NCBI GenBank assembly: GCA_040375635.1
Contig: JBEISB010000001.1
Location: 1 to 58,553 of the forward strand
Length of the DNA: 58,553 nucleotides
Source of the DNA: Chitinophagaceae bacterium
GTDB taxonomy: Bacteria; Bacteroidota; Bacteroidia; Chitinophagales; Chitinophagaceae
Reading direction: 5' to 3'
The position numbers were made by a program, and so were the translations under genes. The notes beneath the pieces were generated by a model, which made no database searches, was not told the DNA's origin, and was given only the letters and a program-made list of their open reading frames with translations. How positions within the stretch are numbered: the first letter of the stretch is position 1; each line of letters starts with the position of its first letter. This document shows, piece by piece, positions 17,818 to 25,863 of this stretch.

Positions 17818-20037
17818 ATGAAATCATTTTATATACTCGCATGGGGTATGCTTGGTCTTACCCAACATGTATTTGCTCAAACGCAAGTTCAAAAAGATTC
17901 GGCAAAACAAACCTATCTCAATCAGGTTGTCATTGCAGGATCAAAATTTATCGAAAAGAAAAAAAATATCGTTCAAAAAATCGATATCATCAGCAAACAA
18001 CAAATGGAGCAGATGAATGCTCAATCGACGGCTGATGTATTACTGAATACCGGTCAGGTTTTTGTACAAAAGAGCCAGCAAGGCGGTGGGAGTCCTGTGA
18101 TTCGTGGATTTGAAGCCAGTCGCATACAGCTCAGTATTGATGGTATTCGTCACAATAATGCCATCTTCAGGTCGGGGCATCTTCAAAATAGTATTTCGTT
18201 CGACAATAATGCTTTAGAGCGAGTAGAGGTTATGAGCGGACCGGCATCCACCTTACATGGTAGCGATGCACTCGGTGGGGTAATTCTCTTTAAAACGATA
18301 GACCCCAAATTTGGTAAGGGTAAAAAAATAGACGTGAATGGAGCCCAGGCTATGGTTCGCTACTCGAGCGTTAACCAAGAAGCTACCGCCAATGTAGGAT
18401 TGCATGTTGGCAACCAACGGTTTGCTTCGTTTACCAATATTACCTATTCTCAATTCGGCGATATGGTGCAGGGGAAAAATGGCGTGGATTCAATTATGAA
18501 TCTTTGGAAGAAGAATTTTATCGTAGAGCAAATCAACGGAAAGGATAGTATGGTGCCGAATGCGAATCCCTACAAGCAAGTTAAAACAGGATACAATCAA
18601 TTCGATATCCTACAAAAATTTAGTTTTATTCAGCATAAAAAAATGAAACATGGAATCAATCTGCAATTGTCAAATTCATCAGATATTCCGCGCTATGATC
18701 GCTTAAGTGAAACGAGTAATGGGATCGCTAAAAATGCAGAATGGTATTATGGTCCACAGTTCCGTACTTTAGCCGCCTATACCTTTGATGCTAACCATCT
18801 TGATGGATTTTTTCAGGATATCACGGCTACCTTGAGTCACCAACACTGGACCGAAAGTCGACATAATCGAGGGTATCGAAAAACAACCCTTGCTCATCGA
18901 ACCGAAAATATTAGTGTGATGGGCTATACCGTTTCGGCTCGCCACAAAGGAGGTCAGCACGAGCTTACCCTTGGTAGCGATGGACAGTTTAACGACTTGA
19001 AATCGAAAGCCAATAAAGAAGATATTTTTACCGGTGTAGAAACAAAAATCGATACTCGCTATCCGGATGGTAAAAATCATATGAATCTTTATGGACTCTT
19101 TGCTCAGCATACCTGGAAGTTGTTCGATAATCAGCTAGTGATTAATGATGGACTCCGATTCAATTATACTACCCTGCATTCGACCTTAGTAGATACCGCC
19201 ATTCAATTTCATATTCCGGTACTCACGCTCGAGCAACGAAATACCTCACTTACCGGTAACATCGGACTTGCTTATATGCCAAGCGACGACCTACGATTTA
19301 CCGCCAACGTCTCTACTGGGTTTCGCTCGCCAAATTTTGATGATATGACAAAAGTTTTTGAGTCGAACAATAGTATGTTGATTGTGCCAAACAAAGACTT
19401 AAAGCCCGAGTATACGCGTAATGTAGAATTAGGCATTCATTATTCGAACGGTACTTTTGAGTTAAACGCTTACGGATTCTATACCCTTTTTAGGAATGCA
19501 ATTGTAACGGATACATTTACCTATAACGGTCAAGATTCTATTCTTTACAATGGCAATATGACCCGTGTATATGCCAGTCAAAATAAAGCAGAGGCCTTTT
19601 TATATGGTGGCGGGCTAGATGCCACGTATCGAGTAAGCAATCAGTTTTCGCTGTATGGAAATATGAATTATACCTACGGTCGATTTAATCAGGCTGATAC
19701 GGCATTGGTACCTCTCGATCATATACCGCCTGTTACCGGTAAGATCGGGATGAGATATACAAAGAGTAAAGGGTATGTGGAATTGTTTAGCTTGTTTAAT
19801 GGTCGAAAAAAACTCTACGATTATAATCTCGCTGGCGAAGACAATTTACCCTATGCCACACCCAATGGAACGCCTAGTTGGTATACAGTCAATCTTCGGG
19901 CAGGTGTTACTGTCGTAAAAAATGTTCAGTTACAGGGCGGTGTTGAAAATATACTCGACAAAAATTATCGCTATTTTGCTTCGGGCATGAGTGCGCCAGG
20001 GCGAAATTTTGTGATGGCTATCCGCTTTACATATTAA
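17818..20037 (+). CDS. TonB-dependent outer-membrane receptor
   Basis: Signal peptide MKSFYILAWGMLGLTQHVFAQ, a plug domain (VVIAGSK...VFVQKSQQGGGSPVIRGFE), a long beta-barrel and a C-terminal ...RNFVMAIRFTY ending in an aromatic residue. Substrate unknown. Confidence 0.9.
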   Translation: MKSFYILAWGMLGLTQHVFAQTQVQKDSAKQTYLNQVVIAGSKFIEKKKNIVQKIDIISKQQMEQMNAQSTADVLLNTGQVFVQKSQQGGGSPVIRGFEASRIQLSIDGIRHNNAIFRSGHLQNSISFDNNALERVEVMSGPASTLHGSDALGGVILFKTIDPKFGKGKKIDVNGAQAMVRYSSVNQEATANVGLHVGNQRFASFTNITYSQFGDMVQGKNGVDSIMNLWKKNFIVEQINGKDSMVPNANPYKQVKTGYNQFDILQKFSFIQHKKMKHGINLQLSNSSDIPRYDRLSETSNGIAKNAEWYYGPQFRTLAAYTFDANHLDGFFQDITATLSHQHWTESRHNRGYRKTTLAHRTENISVMGYTVSARHKGGQHELTLGSDGQFNDLKSKANKEDIFTGVETKIDTRYPDGKNHMNLYGLFAQHTWKLFDNQLVINDGLRFNYTTLHSTLVDTAIQFHIPVLTLEQRNTSLTGNIGLAYMPSDDLRFTANVSTGFRSPNFDDMTKVFESNNSMLIVPNKDLKPEYTRNVELGIHYSNGTFELNAYGFYTLFRNAIVTDTFTYNGQDSILYNGNMTRVYASQNKAEAFLYGGGLDATYRVSNQFSLYGNMNYTYGRFNQADTALVPLDHIPPVTGKIGMRYTKSKGYVELFSLFNGRKKLYDYNLAGEDNLPYATPNGTPSWYTVNLRAGVTVVKNVQLQGGVENILDKNYRYFASGMSAPGRNFVMAIRFTY

Positions 20038-20057
20038 TCATATCTCAGTTTTTACCA

Positions 20058-20090
20058 ACACCCCTGTTTGATAACGGGGGTGTTTTTTTG
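20058..20090 (+). terminator. Rho-independent terminator after the TonB-dependent receptor gene
   Basis: acacccc / ggggtgt stem followed by TTTTTTT. Confidence 0.75.
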
Positions 20091-20130
20091 AATCGAATTC
20101 TGCTACCCATTATCGCCTTATCTTTACGGC

Positions 20131-20859
20131 GTGGAAACAAAAGTAGTGCCCGATCAATCATCAGAATTGGGGAAGAAAGAGCAGGTAGAACAAATGTTCG
20201 ACAGTATCGCTGGCAAGTACGATTTTTTAAATCGGTTGTTGTCGTTTCGTATTGATGTGTTATGGCGAAATCGCGTAGTTCGCATGTTGCGTAAATCGCA
20301 ACCGAAATATATTTTGGATGTGGCTACGGGAACTGCCGACTTGGCGATTGCGCTTACTGCCTTGCATCCTGTTTCGATTACGGGATTAGACCTCTCACAG
20401 AAAATGCTCAATGAGGGTATCAAAAAAATAAAAGCGAAAGGATTAGATACTACCATCGAGCTCGTCAAAGGCGATAGCGAAAACCTAATCTTTGCCAACG
20501 ATACCTTTGATGCCGTAACTGTTGCCTTTGGCGTTCGTAATTTCGAAGATTTAGAAAAAGGACTCAAGGAAATTTATCGGGTACTTAAGCCGGGAGGACA
20601 ATTTATCATCCTCGAATTTTCGAAAGTAAAAACCTTCCCGCTGAAACAATTATATCACCTATATTTCAGTTATATCACGCCAGCTATCGGTAAACTTTTT
20701 AGTAAAGACAATAAGGCGTATACCTATCTGCCAAATTCTGTGAAGGTTTTCCCTGAGGGCAGCGAATTGTGTGTAATATTGCAAAAAGCCGGATTTAAAA
20801 ACCCTATATGCAAACCAGTAAGTTTCGGAATTGCTTCCGTATATCAGGCCGAAAAATAA
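20131..20859 (+). CDS. ubiE: Demethylmenaquinone / ubiquinone C-methyltransferase
   Basis: KKEQVEQMFDSIAGKYDFLNRLLSFRIDVLWR is the UbiE/MenG N-terminal signature. SAM motif I is LDVATGTADLA. A GTG start is inferred because the conserved N-terminal region lies upstream of the first ATG. Confidence 0.88.
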   Translation: METKVVPDQSSELGKKEQVEQMFDSIAGKYDFLNRLLSFRIDVLWRNRVVRMLRKSQPKYILDVATGTADLAIALTALHPVSITGLDLSQKMLNEGIKKIKAKGLDTTIELVKGDSENLIFANDTFDAVTVAFGVRNFEDLEKGLKEIYRVLKPGGQFIILEFSKVKTFPLKQLYHLYFSYITPAIGKLFSKDNKAYTYLPNSVKVFPEGSELCVILQKAGFKNPICKPVSFGIASVYQAEK

Positions 20860-21536
20860 TTATCAGCTGTGCATTGTTATGTTGCAGCTTATTGACACGT
20901 GCCCAGCAAGAGCATATGAATAATGCCGAGCACGACGATAAGCCTTATTACTTTGGTATTACTTTAGGTTTTAATGCGGCTCAGTTTAAAGTGTCTCAAT
21001 CGAAGTATCTCACCGATTACGATACGATTATGAATATTACGCCGCTCTGGCGCCCTGGATTTCAGTTGGGCATTATGGGCAATCTCAGGCTCTCCAAGTT
21101 TATTGATATCCGCACCATACCTTCTTTTGTGCTGCGCGAAAAGGCTTTAGCCTTTACTATGCCCAAAGATTCGGTGTTGACGAGTTCTTTCGAATCGATA
21201 TTATTTAGTATGCCGGTAGAATTAAAATTCAAGTCGGATCGGCAGAATAATTTTCGGTTTTATGTGTGTGCCGGTGCCAAACTCGATTACGATTTCAATG
21301 CCAATAATCGCTCACGTCGCGAGAATGAATTGATTCGGGTAAAACCATTAGACTATGGCTATAATTTAGGATTAGGCTTTGAATTTTATTTCCCGAATTT
21401 CATCTTTGCGCCTGAAATCAAAATCTCAAATGGATTAGGGAATAGTTTGGATAGAAATTCTGATGAGCCAACTAACAAAGCTATCGAGAAGCTCAGTACT
21501 CGCATGCTGATTATTGGATTTCATATCGAAGGTTAA
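20808..21536 (+). CDS. PorT-family-like outer-membrane beta-barrel protein
   Basis: Signal peptide (RKIIISCALLCCSLLTRAQQ), a ~240-aa alternating beta-strand pattern and a C-terminal ...LIIGFHIEG. The size and the position directly after ubiE match my recollection of porT/sprT loci in Bacteroidota. The start overlaps ubiE by 52 nt. Confidence 0.5.
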   Translation: MQTSKFRNCFRISGRKIIISCALLCCSLLTRAQQEHMNNAEHDDKPYYFGITLGFNAAQFKVSQSKYLTDYDTIMNITPLWRPGFQLGIMGNLRLSKFIDIRTIPSFVLREKALAFTMPKDSVLTSSFESILFSMPVELKFKSDRQNNFRFYVCAGAKLDYDFNANNRSRRENELIRVKPLDYGYNLGLGFEFYFPNFIFAPEIKISNGLGNSLDRNSDEPTNKAIEKLSTRMLIIGFHIEG

Positions 21537-21854
21537 GAGACCCAATTCTTGAATCTTACACTGTCTCTGCATGGGGATAGACCCGTTTTTCTATTGGATT
21601 TGTCTCATATTGATGCGAGTGACTTTTGATAATTATGAATGACAGGTAAGCCGTTACTATTGAAAAATCTCAGGATGCTATTTGATTGCGTACTGGAAAG
21701 TGTTTATCTGTAGCTACCAAGCCTTTTGCTTTCTAGGTATTTCTCTGACAAACAATCAATGAGTAGTTACGAGCAATTTGTTACGCGTGTAGAAACGACA
21801 ATTATCTGCTCAATAACATAAAGGCACGTTTGAATGTTTGCCTGATGATGCGAC

Positions 21855-21883
21855 AAAAAAAAGCAGCGATGGTGTTTCGCTGC
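21855..21883 (-). terminator. Rho-independent terminator of the LRR gene
   Basis: On the minus strand, gcagcga / tcgctgc stem followed by TTTTTTTT. It lies 21 nt after the stop codon. Confidence 0.8.
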
Positions 21884-21903
21884 TTTCTACTTTCTTAATA
21901 GGT

Positions 21904-23058
21904 TTATTTTTTACGAACTGCCTTCTTTTTTACTACCTTTTTTGGGGTAGCTTTTTTAACGGGCTGTGCTTGTTCTGTTGGAGCAGGCTCGCCACTCATG
22001 AGGTTTAATATTTTTTGTTGTACCTCGCCGCTGAAGGGATTTCCTTGAAAATCGAACTGGGTTAAGCGAGTGAGGTTACGCATTTCATTGGGAACATCTT
22101 TCAATTGATTGTTCATCACATTCAATTTATTTAAGCCTGTCATCATTCCCAATTCACCCGGTAATTCTTGAATTTGATTATTGCTCAAATCAAGTTCTTC
22201 TAAGTTCTGTAAAGAAGCCAAGACAATCGGGAATTCAACAAATTTATTGTTAGGGGCTTTTAATACGCGCAGGTTGCGTAAGTTGGATAAGCTTGCGGGT
22301 AAATCATAAATTTGATTCCCCGAACTGTTATTATCGCCCAGAATTAAGGTTTGTAAATTCGTTAAGTTTCCAATCTCGTTGGGTAAGAAGTGAAGGTTAT
22401 TATTCGATACATTGAGTTCTTTCAAATTCTTTAAAAAACGGATATCAGAAGGAACATAGTTTAAGTTACAACCACTCAAATCAAGGTTAGTTATGTTTTT
22501 CATCTGGCGTACCAGATCTAATACATACTTCGGGTTTTTAATTTCATTACCACTGAAACGAAAGCTAGTAAGGGCTTGTAAGTTATTAATTTCAGATGGG
22601 AGGTAATTAATCGGGTTGCCTGTGATATCTAACTCCTCGAGATTTTTACAATTGGCAATGCTTACCGGTAGCGTGCTGAGCTTATTGTTGCGTAAAATTA
22701 ATTTGCGCAAGTTTTTCAAATCTCCGATTGAGCTCGGAATAGCTGTCAAATTATTATTCGAAAGATCTAATACTTCTATTTTGTCAAGTAAAAATAAGTC
22801 AACCGGAATCTCGTTGATATTCGCATTCTGCAACGTAAGTTCCTTTAGGTTTGGATAGCGGAAAATCTCTTTCGGAAATTTATTAAAAGGCTGACTGGCA
22901 ATGCGGAGTAAGTACACACAATTATTGTCGTAAGCAGCAGAGGGCAGCATATCGAAAACCTTATCGGGGTCGCAGGGGTCTGCTAATGGATAATAAACTT
23001 GTGCATCAACCCATTGGCAGCCAAGCACCATCGCCAAGGCAAAAATCAACTTCTTCAT
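21904..23058 (-). CDS. Secreted leucine-rich-repeat protein with a Lys-rich C-terminal tail
   Basis: Signal peptide MKKLIFALAMVLGCQWVDAQ. About 13 consecutive ~23-aa LRRs of the form LxxLxLxxNxLxxLPxxIxxLxNL. The tail reads KKATPKKVVKKKAVRKK. Confidence 0.85.
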   Translation of the reverse strand: MKKLIFALAMVLGCQWVDAQVYYPLADPCDPDKVFDMLPSAAYDNNCVYLLRIASQPFNKFPKEIFRYPNLKELTLQNANINEIPVDLFLLDKIEVLDLSNNNLTAIPSSIGDLKNLRKLILRNNKLSTLPVSIANCKNLEELDITGNPINYLPSEINNLQALTSFRFSGNEIKNPKYVLDLVRQMKNITNLDLSGCNLNYVPSDIRFLKNLKELNVSNNNLHFLPNEIGNLTNLQTLILGDNNSSGNQIYDLPASLSNLRNLRVLKAPNNKFVEFPIVLASLQNLEELDLSNNQIQELPGELGMMTGLNKLNVMNNQLKDVPNEMRNLTRLTQFDFQGNPFSGEVQQKILNLMSGEPAPTEQAQPVKKATPKKVVKKKAVRKK

Positions 23059-23269
23059 ACTATTCGTTAAAAATTTGGACTAAAAGTATATCCTTTTTTG
23101 AAAAGAACATAATTTTTAGGCGAAACATCCAATATTACGGTCTTGTACATGAATGTTTACATTGGATGGCCCGTAAATTTCTGGTTATTAGGCAAAAGGA
23201 AGGAGACTAGGGGGCAATAAAAAACCGGGAGATGATTTCCCCCGGTTCGATATATAATTTATTCTTTGA

Positions 23270-24541
23270 TTAATATTTGATACTCATGTCCATAATAACA
23301 GGTACTGCCTTTCCTTTTAGTTTGCCAGGTGTCCAAGCAGGCATTTGAGCAAATATCTCTTTAAGATTTTTTTCTACTGCGGGATTATTCAAAAACGGAT
23401 TTATACCTAGTTTACGATCAATTTGTCCGTTTGAGTGAACAGTAAATTGTACCCACACTGCTTTACTAGGTTGTTCTTTATCACTGAGTTTGGCCTTATG
23501 GTTTTCGATAAAGCTGTGGAGGGCATTTTCTCCCCCAACAAAGGTGGGCTCCTGATCTACTTCCCGTATACTCTTTAAAGAGTCGGGGGTTTTACCAACG
23601 ATACTAATAGCCAATGGTTGTTGATCGGCATTAGGATTTTGAATCATTACTTGAGTCGTGTTGAGATCTCGAGTTGGTTTTTTCTTCTTTGCATAACTTT
23701 GGGTAGCAACAAAAGCGGCACTCAAAGTGCATACGGTAATAGCAACTAGCATTTTTCGGCTAATTGAATGGGTATTGGGTTTGTACAACATAGTAATACG
23801 GGTTTTTATAGTTTGATGAAAAAAGGAATGAGCTAAAAAAGTTGGGGTTTGTTGCTGCACTGCCATTTGGATAAGTTCATTCACATAATTGTCGGTATCG
23901 AATTGTTTCGCGGCGATGGCATCAGCCTCAAATTCATGAACACGCTCTAATTCTCTGTGATATAGATAAACAAAGGGGTTGAACCAAAAAATGGATTGGA
24001 GGATAGAGATAAATAATTTATCCCAACTATGTTTTTGCTGACAATGAGCCGCTTCGTGGGCCAATAGGGTTGGTAAAGAAGCTGATGATTTGCAGGTCTC
24101 AGGTAAGTATATCGCTGACAGAAAAGAGAAGGGCGTTGTAATGTCACGACTATAATATAAGATATAGCCTTGATCTTGTTCTGCGTGCGATGTGCGCCGG
24201 ATTCGATACAAGATATAGGCGCCTAATAGCAAACGGCTGATGCCCCAGAATAGTCCCATGGCATACACAAAACGAAATCCGGCACTAATATCAATAGGGT
24301 GTGTTTGTATTGCCGTTCGGTAGGTCGAATAGGCCGTGGTGGGTAAATAGGACAAGGCATTCGCAGCAGAGATGGCTGAGGGCTGGGAGATGCGAATGAG
24401 GGGTAGCATCATCATCAAAGCGGCGGTAAACAACAGATAGACACGATTCCAGGTATTTGCGTTTTTGTCTTTTAATAAAGTGATATAGATCCCATAAAAC
24501 AGGGCAAGAAGCAGAATACTCGCTAAAAAATAGGTAATCAT
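23270..24541 (-). CDS. BlaR1/MecR1-like M56 peptidase-family membrane sensor with a TonB-C-like C-terminal domain
   Basis: Multi-TM N-terminus, HEXXH zinc motif (LLAHEAAHCQQKH) plus a downstream EFEAD. The C-terminal ~90 aa (VDQEPTFVGGENALHSFI...) resemble the TonB C-terminal fold. The start lies 4 nt after the blaI-like stop. Confidence 0.8.
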   Translation of the reverse strand: MITYFLASILLLALFYGIYITLLKDKNANTWNRVYLLFTAALMMMLPLIRISQPSAISAANALSYLPTTAYSTYRTAIQTHPIDISAGFRFVYAMGLFWGISRLLLGAYILYRIRRTSHAEQDQGYILYYSRDITTPFSFLSAIYLPETCKSSASLPTLLAHEAAHCQQKHSWDKLFISILQSIFWFNPFVYLYHRELERVHEFEADAIAAKQFDTDNYVNELIQMAVQQQTPTFLAHSFFHQTIKTRITMLYKPNTHSISRKMLVAITVCTLSAAFVATQSYAKKKKPTRDLNTTQVMIQNPNADQQPLAISIVGKTPDSLKSIREVDQEPTFVGGENALHSFIENHKAKLSDKEQPSKAVWVQFTVHSNGQIDRKLGINPFLNNPAVEKNLKEIFAQMPAWTPGKLKGKAVPVIMDMSIKY

Positions 24542-24545
24542 GAAA

Positions 24546-24920
24546 TTATTTCTTGTTGGATTTACTGGCGTTGCGACATTCAGCCACTAAGGTTTCAAGT
24601 TCGGCCAGACTGATGTTTTTTTCTTTTACAAAAAAAGAAACCAATTGGGATACCGAGCCGTTGAAATAATTTTTCAAAACGGGATTAACGGTTTCTCTAC
24701 TATAAGACTCTTTCGAAATCAGAGGGAAATAACGATAGGTTTTGCCAAAGGCTTCATACCCTACAAATCCTTTGTCTTGCAAAAATTTAATTAGGGTAGA
24801 TACGGTATTATAATGCGGTTTGGGGTCCGGACAAGATTCTAGGATCTCTTTTACAAAACCACCCCCCATCTTCCATACAATGAGCATGATTTCTTCTTCA
24901 GACTTAGTTAGTTTTACCAT
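24546..24920 (-). CDS. BlaI/MecI/CopY-family winged-helix transcriptional repressor
   Basis: 124 aa. LTKSEEEIMLIVWKMGGGFVKEI...HYNTVSTLIKFLQDKGFV is the typical penicillinase-repressor fold pattern. It is coupled to the M56 sensor gene downstream. Confidence 0.88.
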   Translation of the reverse strand: MVKLTKSEEEIMLIVWKMGGGFVKEILESCPDPKPHYNTVSTLIKFLQDKGFVGYEAFGKTYRYFPLISKESYSRETVNPVLKNYFNGSVSQLVSFFVKEKNISLAELETLVAECRNASKSNKK

Positions 24921-24936
24921 AACGAAACAAATGTAA

Positions 24937-24969
24937 ACTAAATAATTAGGTATAGAACTAAAAAATTAG
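24937..24969. promoter_or_regulatory. Twin operator-like sites upstream of the blaI-like gene
   Basis: ACTAAATAATTAG (24937-49) and ACTAAAAAATTAG (24957-69) differ at one base. Each contains the inverted half-sites CTAA-N4-TTAG. Their centres are exactly 20 nt apart, and they lie 17-49 nt upstream of the blaI-like start. Confidence 0.4.
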
Positions 24970-25207
24970 TTTATATTTTTAACATGATAGGAAATGCTCA
25001 TGATTTGATTTTAGGCAAGAGTCTAAGTAATTTAATATTTGATGGGAACGTACTCAAATCATTTCGTTACATATGCGTCAGATTACAGAATCAAATATTG
25101 ATGAATAGCTTGTGTGTTTAATCTTAATTCTCTTCGACACAAATTATTACTTAAAGGAAGAAAATAATTTGAATAAGTTTATTTTTATTTTATCAGAAAA
25201 TCATAGA

Positions 25208-25720
25208 ATGAAAACCTTTATCCTAACCATAGTATTGATCATGTTCATGAATCTTGCTATGTCTCAATCAAACTCTAACAGCAATAATGATTATCAAACG
25301 GCAAGGGTAGAAAATATTTCAGATCATTTTAATTCACTCCAAATCAAGAAAGGAGAGCATTGTATTCTCAATTTTCAAAATAACTTTTCGGCAGGAAAGG
25401 AAACTTATCAAGTTAATGTAAGACGAAATACTACTGATTGGAGACTAGTAAGAAGAACAGGTGGATACGTGATGTTAGCGGGAGTGGGATTAACTGTATT
25501 AGGAGGTGTAATAATGAAAATTAGCCCATCTGATAATAATATTGGTGTATCCGTTGGTGATGTTGTTGGTGTTGTATCTGTTGGTGGAGGGGTATTAGGT
25601 ATTTTTTCCGGAGCCATAGTCACCATAGTAGGTAGCATCGGTTCTGCTACACATAATCATAGATATGGGTTTCAATTCCAATCTCGAAAAGATGGGGTAA
25701 GTCTTGTTTATCATTTTTAG
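25208..25720 (+). CDS. Small secreted/membrane protein with two glycine-zipper-like hydrophobic segments
   Basis: Signal peptide MKTFILTIVLIMFMNLAMSQ. Two Gly-rich hydrophobic stretches: GGYVMLAGVGLTVLGGVIM and VGVVSVGGGVLGIFSGAIVTIVGSIG. It sits in a visibly AT-rich patch. No family recognised. Confidence 0.5.
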   Translation: MKTFILTIVLIMFMNLAMSQSNSNSNNDYQTARVENISDHFNSLQIKKGEHCILNFQNNFSAGKETYQVNVRRNTTDWRLVRRTGGYVMLAGVGLTVLGGVIMKISPSDNNIGVSVGDVVGVVSVGGGVLGIFSGAIVTIVGSIGSATHNHRYGFQFQSRKDGVSLVYHF

Positions 25721-25863
25721 TTTGCTTAGAAGAATTTGTGTAAAGCACTAACTTTAGAATTCCTTACACTCCAATGCAATATATCAAAATGAGTTATTGA
25801 ATGCGAAAATGGTTCAAGTGAAAACGCTGTTATTTCTGTATATTGACTTTCGATTTTATCTAC

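Noticed and set aside
21537-21854. About 320-nt ORF-free spacer between the convergent PorT-like and LRR genes, considered as an ncRNA locus
   Set aside because: I could find no conserved RNA motif, strong secondary structure or promoter box by eye. Only the LRR terminator at 21855-21883 is convincing. There is too little evidence to report it as a feature.
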